NCBI GenBank assembly: GCA_951406725.2
Contig: OX597831.1
Span: 68,448,001 to 68,512,000 of the forward strand
DNA: 64,000 nucleotides
From: Octopus vulgaris
Lineage: Eukaryota
Direction of reading: 5' to 3'
Shown here: positions 39,002-52,699 of the stretch, piece by piece
Numbering within the stretch: position 1 is the stretch's first letter
Layout: the number at the start of each line of letters is the position of its first letter
The notes under the pieces: model-generated
The model's database searches: none
The model's input: the letters and a program-made list of their open reading frames with translations, nothing else
Told to the model about the DNA's origin: nothing
Translations under genes and position numbers: made by a program

Positions 39002-40239
39002 GCAGACATATGCATGCATGTGTGTGCACACAAAATAGCTATTTGTTTTAGACAAGACAAGGACATTTAATTTCTGTGTGAGTCATATGTATTTGGAAAC
39101 AATATTTCAAAATATATTAATAAGCTACAGTAATCAAGTGTAATCATTATATAGCTTAATTGGCTTTTCATTGGATAATGGTTATAACATTTTATCTAAA
39201 TTAACTTTAGCTTTCAGCCAAAATAAATTAAATTTATTCAATAGAGAAGAAAGCAAGCTGTCTTTCGATGTTGTTCTTGTTGATGATTATGATGATGATG
39301 ATGATGACCATCATCATCATCATCCTCATCATCAACAATATCATCTTGTTGCTAGTAGTGTTGGTGGTGGGGTGGTTGCTGAGGTTAGTATCATTTTGAC
39401 ATTTTTGTCTGTTTCAACAACTTTTTGGGATTTACTGCTAGAAGGAAAAAATACTTTTTCTTCCGTGCTGAAGAAATTATTTTACTTCAAACATCAAACC
39501 AGACAAATTGTTTGATGGGAACATTTCATGTAAATATAATCTAGGTGGGGGGGGGGGGGGCATAACCAAACAAAAAAAAATGAAAAAAAAAAACAAGGGA
39601 AAAAGTGAAATGAAAAAAAAATTGTATTTAATGTCTTTGAGGAAAAGAAAGACGGAAGTTGATGCTTAAGACTGTTGTCTTTTATAAAGACAGGAAGAAC
39701 GAAGGAAAACAATGGAAAAAGAATAAAATTATGGTTTTTCAGAGGTGTGCCATATTGGAATGGTGAACAGAAGGTCATGAGTGAAGAAATTACTTGGGCA
39801 AAGAAAAGAGATAAGAAAAGGAAGTAAGCAAGTCAAATGGTAAAGGGTTGTGTGTGGAATGAAGAGGTTTGTATGCCTTGGAGAGTGATGGTGCAGGTAA
39901 GCTTCTGTAAGGTGGTGGGAGTAAAATAAATGAAGTAAATTATGTTTAAGTATGTGTGTGAGATAGAAAAGCGAGTTAAGTATGAACAATGTTGTAACCT
40001 GGGTATTGGTTGAGTAAGGCATGCCGTTAGTGGATAATGTGTGAAAGGTGTAGGCTAGGGTATAGGTATGTGGAAAATGAGTAGTACAGTGGATGTGAGT
40101 GTATAGGAGTAAGAAAGATAAGTGGTATGGAACAGTGGTGGGGAAGTGTAGTCTGTGTGGTTATCAGATGTGTGTGTGCTTTCTTAAAAGGAAAGCAAAT
40201 ATTTTCTTAAGAGAAGCAGGAAAAGCTGTGTGTAAGTAG

Positions 40240-41071
40240 AAAATAGATCACTTATTAACAATGTAGCAAAGAAAAGAAGGTACCGTGGTGTTGTGTAATC
40301 CTACAAATGGTGAGACACGTGGAGGAATATCCTAGAGAATTGATGAGATGCTCCACAGTGGTCTGGTGTTGTTGCATTGGATCTCCCAGAGCTTCATTTA
40401 AATGACCAGCAAAAAAAAAAAAAATCTGATAATGAACCATGCAGGGATGTGATTGAAGTCATTCATAACATGGATCATTTTCTTCATGCATCTGCAACAA
40501 ACAGCAGATAGAAATCTGTTGGGTGAGGTTAGCCTTATTTGACTCATGTGGGACCCAAACATCAAGCATGCTGATGTAACCAAGTTGATGCAAATGATTT
40601 TCAACAGTCAGTTTGAATATTTGAAGAATATCTGTGACTATTGTGATTGTATAACAGGAGCTGGTGTTGACTCACTCCTTTTGTTGCTGTTACTCTCAGT
40701 TGAGCAACCAGAGCAAGGTGCCTCTTGAACTGCAAAATTTCCTGATTGAACTCTTGAAAACTATTTCTGGTACATATGTCCCATAATAGCATCCACTCTG
40801 TACAGAGTACATATTTACAGACGTCTATCACTTTGCCTTTCTTAAAATAACAAAAGCATGATGTGATAATAATGTCTGCTTTGGCTCTCCATTTTTAGGG
40901 TGATCCCAAGCACACAAAAATACGACCTCTGTAAGTTCTTTTTGAACTATGTTGAAGAATCAAGGATCTAATGAGTGTTGGTGCAAGGAACACATTGAAG
41001 TTAGCTACTTATAAGAGGGCTTGAAGTTTAGTGTCAGCAAAAACTAAATAGTCTTTTTGACCAACCCAATA
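40240..41071 (-). mobile_element. Decayed mariner transposon, internally deleted
   Basis: TIR TATTGGGTTGGTCAAAAAG at 41071; translation YQK*FSRVQSGNFAVQEAPCSG resembles the mariner N-terminal W-F-RF-SG-F-V-D-PRSG and WVPH region. Confidence 0.55.
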
Positions 41072-41209
41072 TATCTATTTGTCTGCCTGTCTGTATGTTT
41101 GTATGTATGTTTGTATGTATGTATCTGTGAGTATGTGTATGTTTGTGTTTTCATGCCTTGACATTACAGGATTGTTGTGAATGAGTGTTATTGTCATACA
41201 GACAGTATA

Positions 41210-42477
41210 TGAGGTGGTATCAAGAACTTCCCAGACTAGTTATGTTTAATAAAAAGAAATAACTTATTTACCCAAGTTTTAACATCATCTCCTTAGAAAT
41301 AATTTCTTTGTGCAGCAATACACTGGTTCCAGTCTACCTGCCACTTTTGGAATCTGGCCTGGAAGTCATTTTCCATATGTGAGTCCATTGAACTGCATTT
41401 TAATTTTGAGGAAGAGATGGAAGTCTGCAGGTGCTAGATCTGGTGAGAAGGGTGGGTGCAGAAGGGATGCTATGTTGTTTTTGGGTGAGAAACTCATGAG
41501 TGAGGAGAAAGCGGTGACGGTGTATTGTCATGAAGAATCCAATTCTTCATGCCCTGCAGATCCAGTTGCTTTCACTGAATGTCCTCTCACAAATGCATCA
41601 AAACGTTGCAGTTGAACTCTTGCATGATGGTCTGGCCTCAGGGAACAAATTCTCGTTGCACAATACTGCAGATGTCAAAAAGAAATGATGAGCAGGTTTT
41701 TGATTGAGCTGCAGCTCTATTGTGCCTCCTTCAGTCATGGAGACGAAGGTATTTTCCATTGTGACAACTGCTAATTCATCTCAGGGTCGTATCTGTAGAC
41801 CCAACACTCATCACCAGTGATGATCCTTAACATGAAGGATGGGTCATCACAGGCATGCTGACAGAGATCTTGACAAAATTCAATGCAGTGTTCTTTCTAC
41901 TCAGTGGTCATCAGGCAGGGGACAAACTTGGCAGAGACATGTCACATATTCAATTCAGACGTCCGTGCTGGCTGTACGGACCCATAGGACAGACAAGCAA
42001 CGTCAGCAATGCCATTGGTTGTCCTCTGATGATCCTCATGCACACGCCGATGAATTTGCTCCACATCTCCAGTGGAGCTGCTCATGCCAGGTCTTCCATA
42101 TCATACACCGTCTTCCAAGGATGCTCTTCTGCTTTTGAAGTGCCTCTGCCACTCGAAATATTGTGTACGACACATTGCCTCATCACCATAAGCCTGCTTG
42201 TTGAAGCATGCTCAATGTCTCTATAGCAGATTCCCCAAGTTTAAAGCAAAGTTTTATGTTGGCTCTTTGTTCCAACTTCCTGTCTGTGACAAAAATCACA
42301 GACTACAGCATACATGTGATCACAAAAACACAAATTTCTCAACTTGCAAAGTAAACACAGTGATGTCACTCCGCACACTGCTTCATGAAGGTCACACTTT
42401 CATTGCCCACACAATCATGTGCTGCCATCTGTTGGCACACTACAGAACTAGTCCAGGAGCTTTTTGATTCCTTATCG
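41210..42477 (-). mobile_element. Full-length decayed mariner (DD34D-type) transposon
   Basis: TA-flanked ~31-bp imperfect TIRs; IITGDECWVYRYDPE, LHDN and HPPFSPDLAPADFHLF motifs with stops and frameshifts; splits an older retroposon that resumes at 42480. Confidence 0.9.
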
Positions 42478-43454
42478 TAATTCCTTTTCCAGTATTCTGC
42501 AATAACATGTCTAGCCATGGGTAAATATTACCTTGCTTGGAAACAGGTGAGGGTTGGTGACAGAAAGGTCATCTACTTGTAAAAAACTGACCTTAATGAA
42601 CTCCATCCAAACAATGCAAGCCTGAAAAACTGGATGTGAAAATGATGATATTGATGGTTGCTACAAATAGCAAGAAGAGTTAGTGCAATTATTTGAAAAT
42701 GGGTTCAGTGGGGCACCTGTAAGTGAAGCCAATGGAAAAACCAGGTGTGTTGGCTTTATGAATCTTTGGGAAGGAATAAATGGTGGACATAGGTTTTGTG
42801 CCAAATTAAAAAGAAAATTCATTTAGACAAACTGGAAAAGAACATTTTATACAAACTGGAATCAGATATCACAAAAGACTGCTGAAGTAATCTGTAGTTT
42901 ATTATATTCATCAAGTTCAAATCATGACATTAACTCTGCTCCCTAACAGTTTGTAATGTAGTAGTCAATGACTACTAAAAATAAATTCTATCAATTGAAT
43001 TATTATCAATTATAGTTAATAATTAACAAGTTATTATTTCTTTTCTTCTTAATAATCACTCATGTTAATGATGTATAGTTATTTGCTTCACTTTTAAATA
43101 TTCATCTGCCTAACATTTACCCTATTTCAGTTAAGCAATACAAAGCAATATATTACCAATTGTTGGCACTGAAATTGTAAAAATACATGAACAATGCGAA
43201 AATTTGCTTTTTATGTATATTGTCTCTGTGCATGTGTTTGCATCACTCTTCTTATGACTGAATCTATGTTGTTTGTAATATCAGTTAATTGACCATTAAA
43301 TAAGGCTAGTCATTCCATCTCCAAATTTAAACCTTGCTCTTCGCATACGAAGTAGGTGGAGGTCTTATTAATTTCTGTTTCTTCATGGATATTTTCAAAT
43401 ATAAGAAAGAATAAAAGAACAAATCTTTGACAGAAAAGTTTTAAAGATTTCTAA

Positions 43455-43645
43455 TAGGACATCATGCTCAGAATGGTCAGTGGCAAGAGAGGAAGAGGCT
43501 GACCAAGAACCTGCTGGCTTGACACCATCAAGAATGATACCAGAATGGACATAGCCAGTCTGAAAGAAGCGGCCCAGGATAGAACTGACTGGAGGACACT
43601 GATCCATGGAGTAACCGAGAGTCGACTGAGTGGATAGAGAGATAG
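43455..43645 (+). mobile_element. RTE-clade LINE 3' end
   Basis: DIMLRMVSGKRGRG*PRTCWLDTIKND..LKEAAQDRTDWRTLIHGVTESR. Confidence 0.8.
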
Positions 43646-45024
43646 AATAGTAGCTTCTTTTACTGATTTCCTTTGGTGGATTGTCACCATTGTAGACACA
43701 ATTTTCAAGGGTTTAGTTGATCATGTATGTTCAATTTTGTATAGTATTTATGTCTGAGTGGCATAAATCAAAGCAGACTTCAATGTAATGTAAAGGTATT
43801 GTTTTACAAAACGCTGATTATGCTATTCCCAACCAATATAAATGAATGCATATTTGATTGGCTTTTGCATAGTTTTTTCTCCAGCTGAATTCAATTCACA
43901 AGATTTTCATCAACTCAAGATTAGATGTGCAATGAGATTGAAACTGAAATTACTTGATTGTAATGTGGAAACATTAAATATACAGCTAAGCCCTATTTTA
44001 ATCATATGATCCACAAGAATGGCTATGGCTGGAATTTGTGATATGATTAATAGTTGTGGGTCGATTTCTACAGGAGGAAGGATGATTTTCTGGGAAGGCA
44101 TTATTGTGCATAGTGGTTAGTGTGGGGCCTAGTGGGTGGACACAATACCAATGACAAGAAAAGGATAGATGTAAAAGTAGGCTAGGCCTTATTTTTGTTG
44201 GGTATGGTGCCTAGTGTAAGGCCTTGATGAAAAAATTGGGTTTTTATACATGTGGGCTCCATTCCCACATGTGCTAATACCCATTTTTTTCATCAAGGGT
44301 TTATATGCCCCAATATTAGACTGTTTTCTTTAGACAATATTTGACGAACACTTATAAGCTTAAGCTTATAATTATTATTTACAGTACGTGCATGTGTATT
44401 TGTGTGTGAGTGTGTGTGTGTGTGCATTTTTGCATGTGTATGTGTGTGTAACCCATGAGTGTAGGTATACCAGTGGGGTTACGAAGTTTCCTTTCCAATC
44501 ATATGGTTCTGGGTTCAGTCACATTGATTGTTACTTTGAGCAAGTGTCTTCTAGCATAGCTTTGGGCGACCAAAGCCTTCTGAGTGGGTATATTCCATGG
44601 AGCCTTAAAAAAAGCTTGTTATCTATCTTCAGTGAAAATCGTGTCGAACCATGGAAAAACATTACCTTGTTTGAAAATAGATGAAGGTTTGCAGCTGAAA
44701 GAGCACCTAACCATAGAAAGTTGACCTAAACAAATTCCTACTCATGCAATCATGGAAAAGTGGATGTTAAAACGATGAAGGTAGTGATGAAACCTATAGT
44801 TAAATATATCTGTATGCATACATATATATATGTATAAAACACATGCATTCATAAATGCATATGTGTGTGTGTCTGTGTGTGTATGTTTATTTAAATAACT
44901 TAGTAGAACTATAGAGACAGGCTATATTACATACTAATTTTTATTTTGACACATATCAGTTTTCTTATATTCTTGCAGACTGTTTATCCCCTGAAATATG
45001 TGTATATATATATATATATATATA

Positions 45025-45524
45025 TCATCATCATCATCATCATCGTTTAACGTCCGCTTTCCATGCTAGCATGGGTTGGACGGTTCAACTGGGGTCTGGG
45101 AAGCCCGAAGGCTGCACCAGGCCAGTCAGATGTGGCAGTGTTTCTACAGCTGGATGCCCTTCCTAACGCCAACCACTCCGAGAGTGTAGTGGGTGATTTT
45201 ATGTGCCACCGACACAGGTGCCAGACGAGGCTGGCAGACGGCCACGCTCGGATGGTGTTTTTTATGTGCCACCGACACAGGTGCCAGACGAGGCTGGCAG
45301 ACGGCCACGCTCGGATGGTGTTTTTTATGTGCCACCGACACAGGTGCCAGACAAGGCTGGCAGACGGCCACGCTCGGATGGTGTTTTTTATGTGCCACCG
45401 ACACAGGTGCCAGACGAGGCTGGCAGACGGCCACGCTCGGATGGTGTTTTCTTATGTGTCACCGACACAGGTGCTAGACGAGGCTGGCGGACGGCCACGC
45501 TCGGATGGTGTTTGTTACGTGCCC
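45025..45524 (-). mobile_element. Retroposon family D with five tandem 63-bp units (45201-45516)
   Basis: Unit starts at 45201, 45264, 45327, 45390, 45454 and (45517). Confidence 0.85.
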
Positions 45525-46585
45525 TCATATATATATATATCTTCTAATGAAATTGCCACTTTAGCAGAAAGATATCTAGATGGATTCAAACTTGCAGCCT
45601 TATGCCTAATGGTGTGATTTTTCACATTGCTTAGGTTCTATTCCAAATATCTCTGCACAAAGAGGTATTTCTGGTTGAAATGTATTTAGAATTCAAAACA
45701 ACTAATGGCTACTTTTGTCTTAACATGCTAATATCCATTTATGCTAATCATGGTTCACATGTATCTGTTCTTTGTTAAACAATAGAAGGAATGTTTTCTA
45801 GGTGAAGTAGCATTCTCTTTTGTGGTTTTTTTTTTTGTAGTAGTAGTAGTAGTAGTAGTAGTAGTTTATTCAATTTTACTATGCATTTCCTTCTCATTAT
45901 TGGCCAATTTTATTCTTCCAGACATTGTTCTGTGAAGAATTGATGTAGAATTAATGATAATATTTCATGTTCACTGCATCTGATAAACTCTATAAGCAAT
46001 GCTAAACAGCAATATGACTGTTTATAACAACAACAATAATAATGATAATAATAATAACACCAACAACAAGAAATAAGATTATATTTCCCTTTTATTTTAC
46101 ATAAATGATTTCTTACTCAACTTATTGATATATTCAAAATTGCATTATGCATAAATCACTGACACATATGTATATATGTATGAATGCATATACACCCATC
46201 AACACCCACACACATAGATACACACTCACACATGCTCCCCACTACCATCGTTGACACACACAAAGTTTTATTATAAAATATCAAGTGACTGCTAAATGAT
46301 TAGATTCTAATTCAACATGATGTAGAATTTAGATTCATTCTTGTTTCTTTAGATTAAGGTTTTGCAGAAGCAGTTTTGCATAGTTACAATTTTTAATTTG
46401 ATTATTGTTTCAAAACTTTTTTCTCTAAAACTGTGAAATACAATCCTCATAAACTTATATGTAAGATTTGCTTTGCATTAATTTACAGAAATACACAACC
46501 ATTTTGCATCATAATTCTCTTCCTTACAGCAAATTCTTATGAGCCTCTTCTTTGACTACAATTTAAACTGCTGAACAAAAATTTC

Positions 46586-46995
46586 GGATCTTTTTGGTTT
46601 GAACAGCAGTTTTTTCTAGCGGTGTCATATGAAATTGTCACCCATAATTATGACCCCAGTATTGATCTATTGCATTTCAATCTCTTTTAAGGTTAGGGGT
46701 GGGGGAAGGGTATCTTTTTTTCTTCACAAATGTAAATAAACCCAATGTGTTTCTTAAACGAGGGACATATTCATATGGCACAGAATGCTTTTTAACTCAA
46801 TAGATGTCACTGATTGGTTGAAATTGCAGAAATTGAAGAAAAACAACAACAAATATCTTACAAACTATAGAATTTTCTCAATAAAGCCAAGAGAAAAAGA
46901 TGTTTTATAAACACATTCTACCAGTATACGAAGTTTAAAATTTTTTAGTTACCTGGAAATTATGTTAAAAACTGCCGTTCAAACCGAAAAGATCC
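46586..46995. mobile_element. MITE with ~30-bp TIRs and 8-bp TSD (GG-starting TIR; Merlin/MULE-like, uncertain)
   Basis: GGATCTTTTTGGTTTGAACAGCAGTTTTT / AAAAACTGCCGTTCAAACCGAAAAGATCC; AAAATTTC duplicated at 46578-46585 and 46996-47003. Confidence 0.85.
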
Positions 46996-47958
46996 AAAAT
47001 TTCTATTGTTTTAACCTTACTGCAAGAAGTTTGTCAATTGATTTTACTTATATATAATTATATTTTGATTAGTTTTAAGTTAATATAAATTTTGATGAAT
47101 TGTTAAACATTCATACAATTTTGGCAGTTTACTATATTGCTGAAATTGCATCTCATTGTGTCACTCATATATGAGGCCCTCACTTCAGTGCTGAAGGTGC
47201 TGTTATATTCCATCTCTGAATGCAGAAGTTGGTGCCTTATGAGGCAATGAAGCATTGATGGGTGGCTCAGTGAGCTGCCTCAAGCCACTCACCCATGTAG
47301 GTGACAGAATTCTTGCACAACAGCACAAAGTTTGTTGAATCAGATGTTGTGACTTGGAGTAAGATTTTTCTACCACCCTCCATGCTTGCTGCATCACCCA
47401 GTCATTCCCTTGAGCTAGATGTAACGGTTTGTTTTCTCAGTGGCTTCTGACAGTTTTCTGGTAACATTTTCTCTCTCTCCATAGCTAGTCCAAGGTTCCT
47501 GAGCAGTAAGTGACCCTGATTCCAACAAATCTTCAAACACCTATCTCTACAGAAAGACATATTGCCCCCCCCCCCCCCGCCATCCACTGATTTCACAGAG
47601 TTCAACCCATGCACTTTATGGTTTCTGTCTTTCCTATGTGTCATCATAGCATTATTTCTTTTATTGATTTCATTTGGAAGATGTTGGGCATGCAAGACCT
47701 CCGTGAGCCTCTGAGGCTGGTAATAGCAATGGTTAACATTCCTCTTGAACAACTGTATGACAGCAGATGCTGAAATATAAAAAAAAACATATACAAGGAA
47801 GGAATACTAAAAAGATTAAAATTCTGGGAAAGAATGAATGACTGGGTATAATGGTTAGTGCAGGCCTTTAAGGGTGATGTGATTAAGAAAATGAACAAGT
47901 CCAGGTTGCCTGATTGGAAGTGGCATGTGGCCAGCCAGCTCTGAGAGCTGAACTCCCT

Positions 47959-48001
<43 letters not shown>

Positions 48002-49197
48002 AATGGTTGGGTTGGAAGAACAAGATAGAATGTTTGAGGGCCTGTAGTTAAAGAGCGTTGTTAGCAACTTTGTGTCATCTTTTCTGTGGATGTAGGCTAA
48101 CTTATTTGGATGTATTTCTATCAACTACTGTCAAAATAATTTGTTTATAACTGGATTAAGTTTCCAAGCTTAAATTCTCACTCCAGAAGGATGATAAAAT
48201 GAGTACCAGTCATATACTGAGATCAATTCAATAGACTATACTTCTCATTTATTTGGTCTTCTGCTAAAATTAAGTATTGCAGCATTTAGTCAAGAATCAA
48301 CACTTTCTAAGTGACAGTACTTGACATCAAGGTCATGGCAATCTTTCTAATAAAATTTTCTGAAAGCAATGTCATTAAATATTAATGATTTATTTCTGTC
48401 CCTCATTTCCATTCTGAAATGTAATTTTGTCATTGAAGATTTCTTGTTATGTACAAATAAAGAATAGACATTCATGGCAAGAATGGAACTATTCCTAATG
48501 ATTTATAAAAATTGTTTAAAATATTTTATTCACTCACATACATCTAACTACTTTTTCTTTAAAATATGTTGGTCATACAGGTCTTTGAATATTTTAAGGC
48601 AAACTTGTATACTTGTAATAGTTTGATATCTACTACACAAGTACACAATAGATGTAATGATGGAATCCACAATCTGTAGCACCCGTGATATTCTAACATT
48701 TATAGTATAATATCATAATTTGCATTTGCTCTGTTATTCTTTATTCAGGACTAAATACAATAAAACATATTTTGTGAGCTTTGAAGTACAATACAAAAAT
48801 GTTTTCTTATTTATTTCTTAAAGATATTTTAAAATTTCATGATTCTAATTACAGTTAGTTATAAAAGAAATTATGAAAAGGAAAATGAAAATAAAGTTTT
48901 CTGATTAATTATGGCCATAAAATTCATAGCAATATGGGTCTTAAATGATAAACAACAAATTGGATGCAGCATGACTGAATGGTTAAGATATTCTCTTCAT
49001 AGTCTTAAGGTCCTGGGTTCAATCCCACTGCATAGCATCAGAGACAAAGGTAAAACCATAACCTCTGATTGATGCAATCCTTGTGAACAAAAATAGGTAA
49101 ACAGAAGCTGTGGAAACCCATTGGCTGGAATCTGCCTGAATATAGGTGTGTGTGTACATGTGTAGGTAGGTGGGTGTGTTTGTGGTCCTGTATCTTT

Positions 49198-49409
49198 ATT
49201 TCTTTATTGCCCACGAGGGACTAAACATAGATGGGACGGACAAGGGGATTAAGTTGATTACATCGACCCCAGTGATTAACTGGTACTTATTTAATCGACC
49301 CTGAAAGGATGAAAGGTAAAGTCGGAATTTGAACTCAGAATGTAACCGCAGACGAAATACTGCTAAGCATTTCGCCCGGCATGCTAACGTTTCTGCCAGC
49401 TCACCGCCT
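49198..49409 (-). mobile_element. SINE family B nested in an older tRNA-SINE (about 48960-49650)
   Basis: TSD TATCTTTAT at 49191-49199 and 49410-49418. Confidence 0.85.
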
Positions 49410-52400
49410 TATCTTTATGTCATGCGATAGTTGTTAGTGAGTGTCACCATCCTAGCAGTAGTGTTGTTTGTTTCTAATCTTTCATGAAAACACATTCAGT
49501 TATTTGAAAATATTACCTTGATTGGAATTAAGTTTGAAGTTGGGACAGGAATGGCATTCAGCTGCTAAAAATCTGCCTCAATGAATTCCATTTGCCTCTA
49601 CAATGTGTGGGAAAGTGGATGTTAAAATGTTGATGCTAAAATTGATGACGATGCTTTGCTAGATTGAGCCAACTCAATTAGCGGTGTAGAGCATGATACA
49701 CTTAATCTATTGCAAACATATTTCAAATCAACTAATTAAAGTTTAACTCCTCAATAAAAATTTGTCTTATGAAAGTTCTTGGAACTGTTGTGGAATAACA
49801 ATGAAAGGAGAAACAAACAAAGCAAAAACAAATACATAAGCAATGTAGAAAGAGACTGTTGTACCTTGTGACTGACTCTTTGATAAACTGTGCAGTGTGA
49901 ACTCAAACATGACTGATTTGCTTTTCATGAACAGGAAGAAGTGATTTGAACTAACAAAGAATGAATAAATAAATTAATAAAAGAGAACAAACACAGATTT
50001 GGAAAATATTTTGTTGGGGACTTCAGATGAATAAGATTTTCTTTGAATTTGATCAATATTTTCTCCACGCCATTTTGTGTTTCTTTTCCATTAAATATAT
50101 TCTTTACATTCTAGTTATCAAACATCTAAATTGTATTTTTCATAGATTAAACTTGTGTATTTTCATTTTCACACAAATCTCTCACAGATAGAAAAGAAAG
50201 CGTGGAGAAGTGTTGAAAGGAGTGTTGTTAGACATAAAATATTCTCTTCTTGTTTTATACCTGACTAAACAAATGTATTGTTTTTGTGTAGATTCTTCAT
50301 TTTTACAGAGTGAGATTTCTGCCTTTTTCTACGCAACTCTACTCTGGTGAACTCTTCAAAGTTATCTAACATACTTTATTTTATTGATAGAATGGCTTTA
50401 GGGAATTGTTTTCATTTCATTTTATTTATCTAACATTTGCTATCTAAATATATGTTTTTAGGTTTTTTGTTGAGAAGATGAGGAAGTGAGTGAGTGAGTG
50501 TGAGAGATAGATAGATAGATAAATAGATAGAGAGAGAGAGATTTCAAACAACTATTTCCCTTTAACTTATTTCTTAAGATGGTCACTGTTACAGAATGTT
50601 CTTTACTCAACTGTCTCATTAGAGACCATTGATTTTACTTTCAGCAGTAAAATGTATTTCTATTTTCTTCTTATCAACTCTGATATCCACGCATTCCTGC
50701 ACCTTTAGAAAATTACATAGGATTCTACTTTTTTTTTCCTTTTGATAAAAAGCTGAATATAATCTCTTTTTCTAACTTAGTTCTGTTGGACACTTTTGTA
50801 TGGATGTAAAAATCCTGTAGCATTTGAAGTGAAATGGCAATCAAGCCACAAGTAATTATTATTGTTATTATTATTATCATTATTGTTATTATTATTATCA
50901 TTATCATTTTTATGTCTGGAAAACTATTTTGTTTATAATGGAACAAAGCCAGTTGACTAAATACTTTATTATGTTCGTGTGCTTGCATTCTTTAACTTTA
51001 TCCTATTAAAGCATACACATTTTTCTGACATGCATTTTTAGATTTAAAAATATTTTTAAACCAGTTTTTGCCTGACACACACACTAAAAAAAAAAGAAAG
51101 AAACAAAATAAAAATACCAAGAAATTACCAATTGATGTCAAGTACACACACATGTAAGAAGTCATCATTTGTCTGAAGGCAATAAGATTTACCTTTGCTG
51201 AAGGGACAACTTAATAGCTCCGATAATAAACTGTCTAGCTCGAAGTTCAAATAATATTATTTGGCTTCTCTAATGTTTAGAAGAAATAAATTTTTATCTC
51301 ATTTACCTTGTTTTCATTTGCTTGCTTCTCTCTTTTCTCAAGCTAATTCTCTATTCTTATCTTCCCTTTTTCCATATCATACTTCTGTATATAAATGTTG
51401 AACCCAAAGAACTTATTTTTCTTTATTCCGTTTGTTATCTACTTTTTCTAACCTGATTTTTCTCTTCACAAAATAATATTATTTGGAGGTTTCCACCAAC
51501 CATACCAGCCTTTTCACTTATTTATCAAATCATCATAGAACATTTTTTTTACCATATTTTATTTAATCTTTCTAGCTCTAGACCTGTAAGCTATTTTTAA
51601 TATGATATTACCTTTACCTTTTAACATTGCACATCGATATATTTATGGCAAAAAGCATGCTACCAAAGTGATAATCTTTCTAATAATGTTATATCATTTT
51701 TACTCTTGTTCTTTCATATCAGCTTTGCTACAATGCTGTGAACATCCACAGTGTAAACTTCAAATAAATATACTGATCCTTTATTCTTGTATCTTGCTGA
51801 TCTTTTGACTGTCTATGATACTGTTGAAAGAATGTTTCATGAAAACTAAATAATATAATTATGTAGGTAATACTTTTACATTTATTTTTGTTTGTTGACA
51901 TCAAACAAAGGGAACAAATATATTGAATGATTTTTACTTTAACCAATGCAGGAAGCTCATTTTATCAGTTTGGTTTTGATGTAGAACAAAATACTACTGT
52001 AGTTGTGTAAGATCTATTCTCAATGAAAAATACCTCAATTTGAAGCAGTTATAGAGTACAATTTGATAATTCTTTTTTAAAAATTTACTTTTGATAACTT
52101 TTGAAACTGACACATCAGCTATGGCATTATTAAGAAAGATATTATATTTTTAATGCTTTTGGCTTCGGCAAGTCTGGATTTGATCAAACTTTAATTTGCA
52201 AATATTCAGTCATGAATATCAATTAGAAATGAAATCTCTACAACTATGCATTTTAAATAATGTAAGAAATAAAAGTTAAAGGTATGTTATAAACTTTCTC
52301 AGTAGAGATATCCTATTCATTTATAGAACGAATTTGATATACATATATATATATGTTAGCAATAGAATTATTTTCCTTGATATAACATAGGTTGTATGGT

Positions 52401-52699
52401 TTTATATATTAATCATTTTAATATTTTGAATAATATGATCAAGGGTGATTACATGTTACATTTTAAATCGAGTAACTGAAATGAAGCTCCCTTATAATCA
52501 TATGGTATAAACGCTTGACTTAACATCTTGAAAACTCTCATCAAGCAAACACATTGATGATGTATTTTCAAAATATTTCTTTTAGACACTAATTCTAGGA
52601 TATAACAACACTTTAGACTAATTAAATTTTGTATATCAACACAAATAGCAAAAATACAAAACAGTTCAAATCCTTGAACTGATTTTCTTGTAAAGATAT

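Noticed and set aside
39171-39515. 114-aa ORF with poly-Asp/poly-His
   Set aside because: Produced by (GAT)n/(CAT)n microsatellites
45201-45524. CRISPR array
   Set aside because: Units are near-identical end to end with no unique spacers, there are no cas genes, and the context is a eukaryotic retroposon
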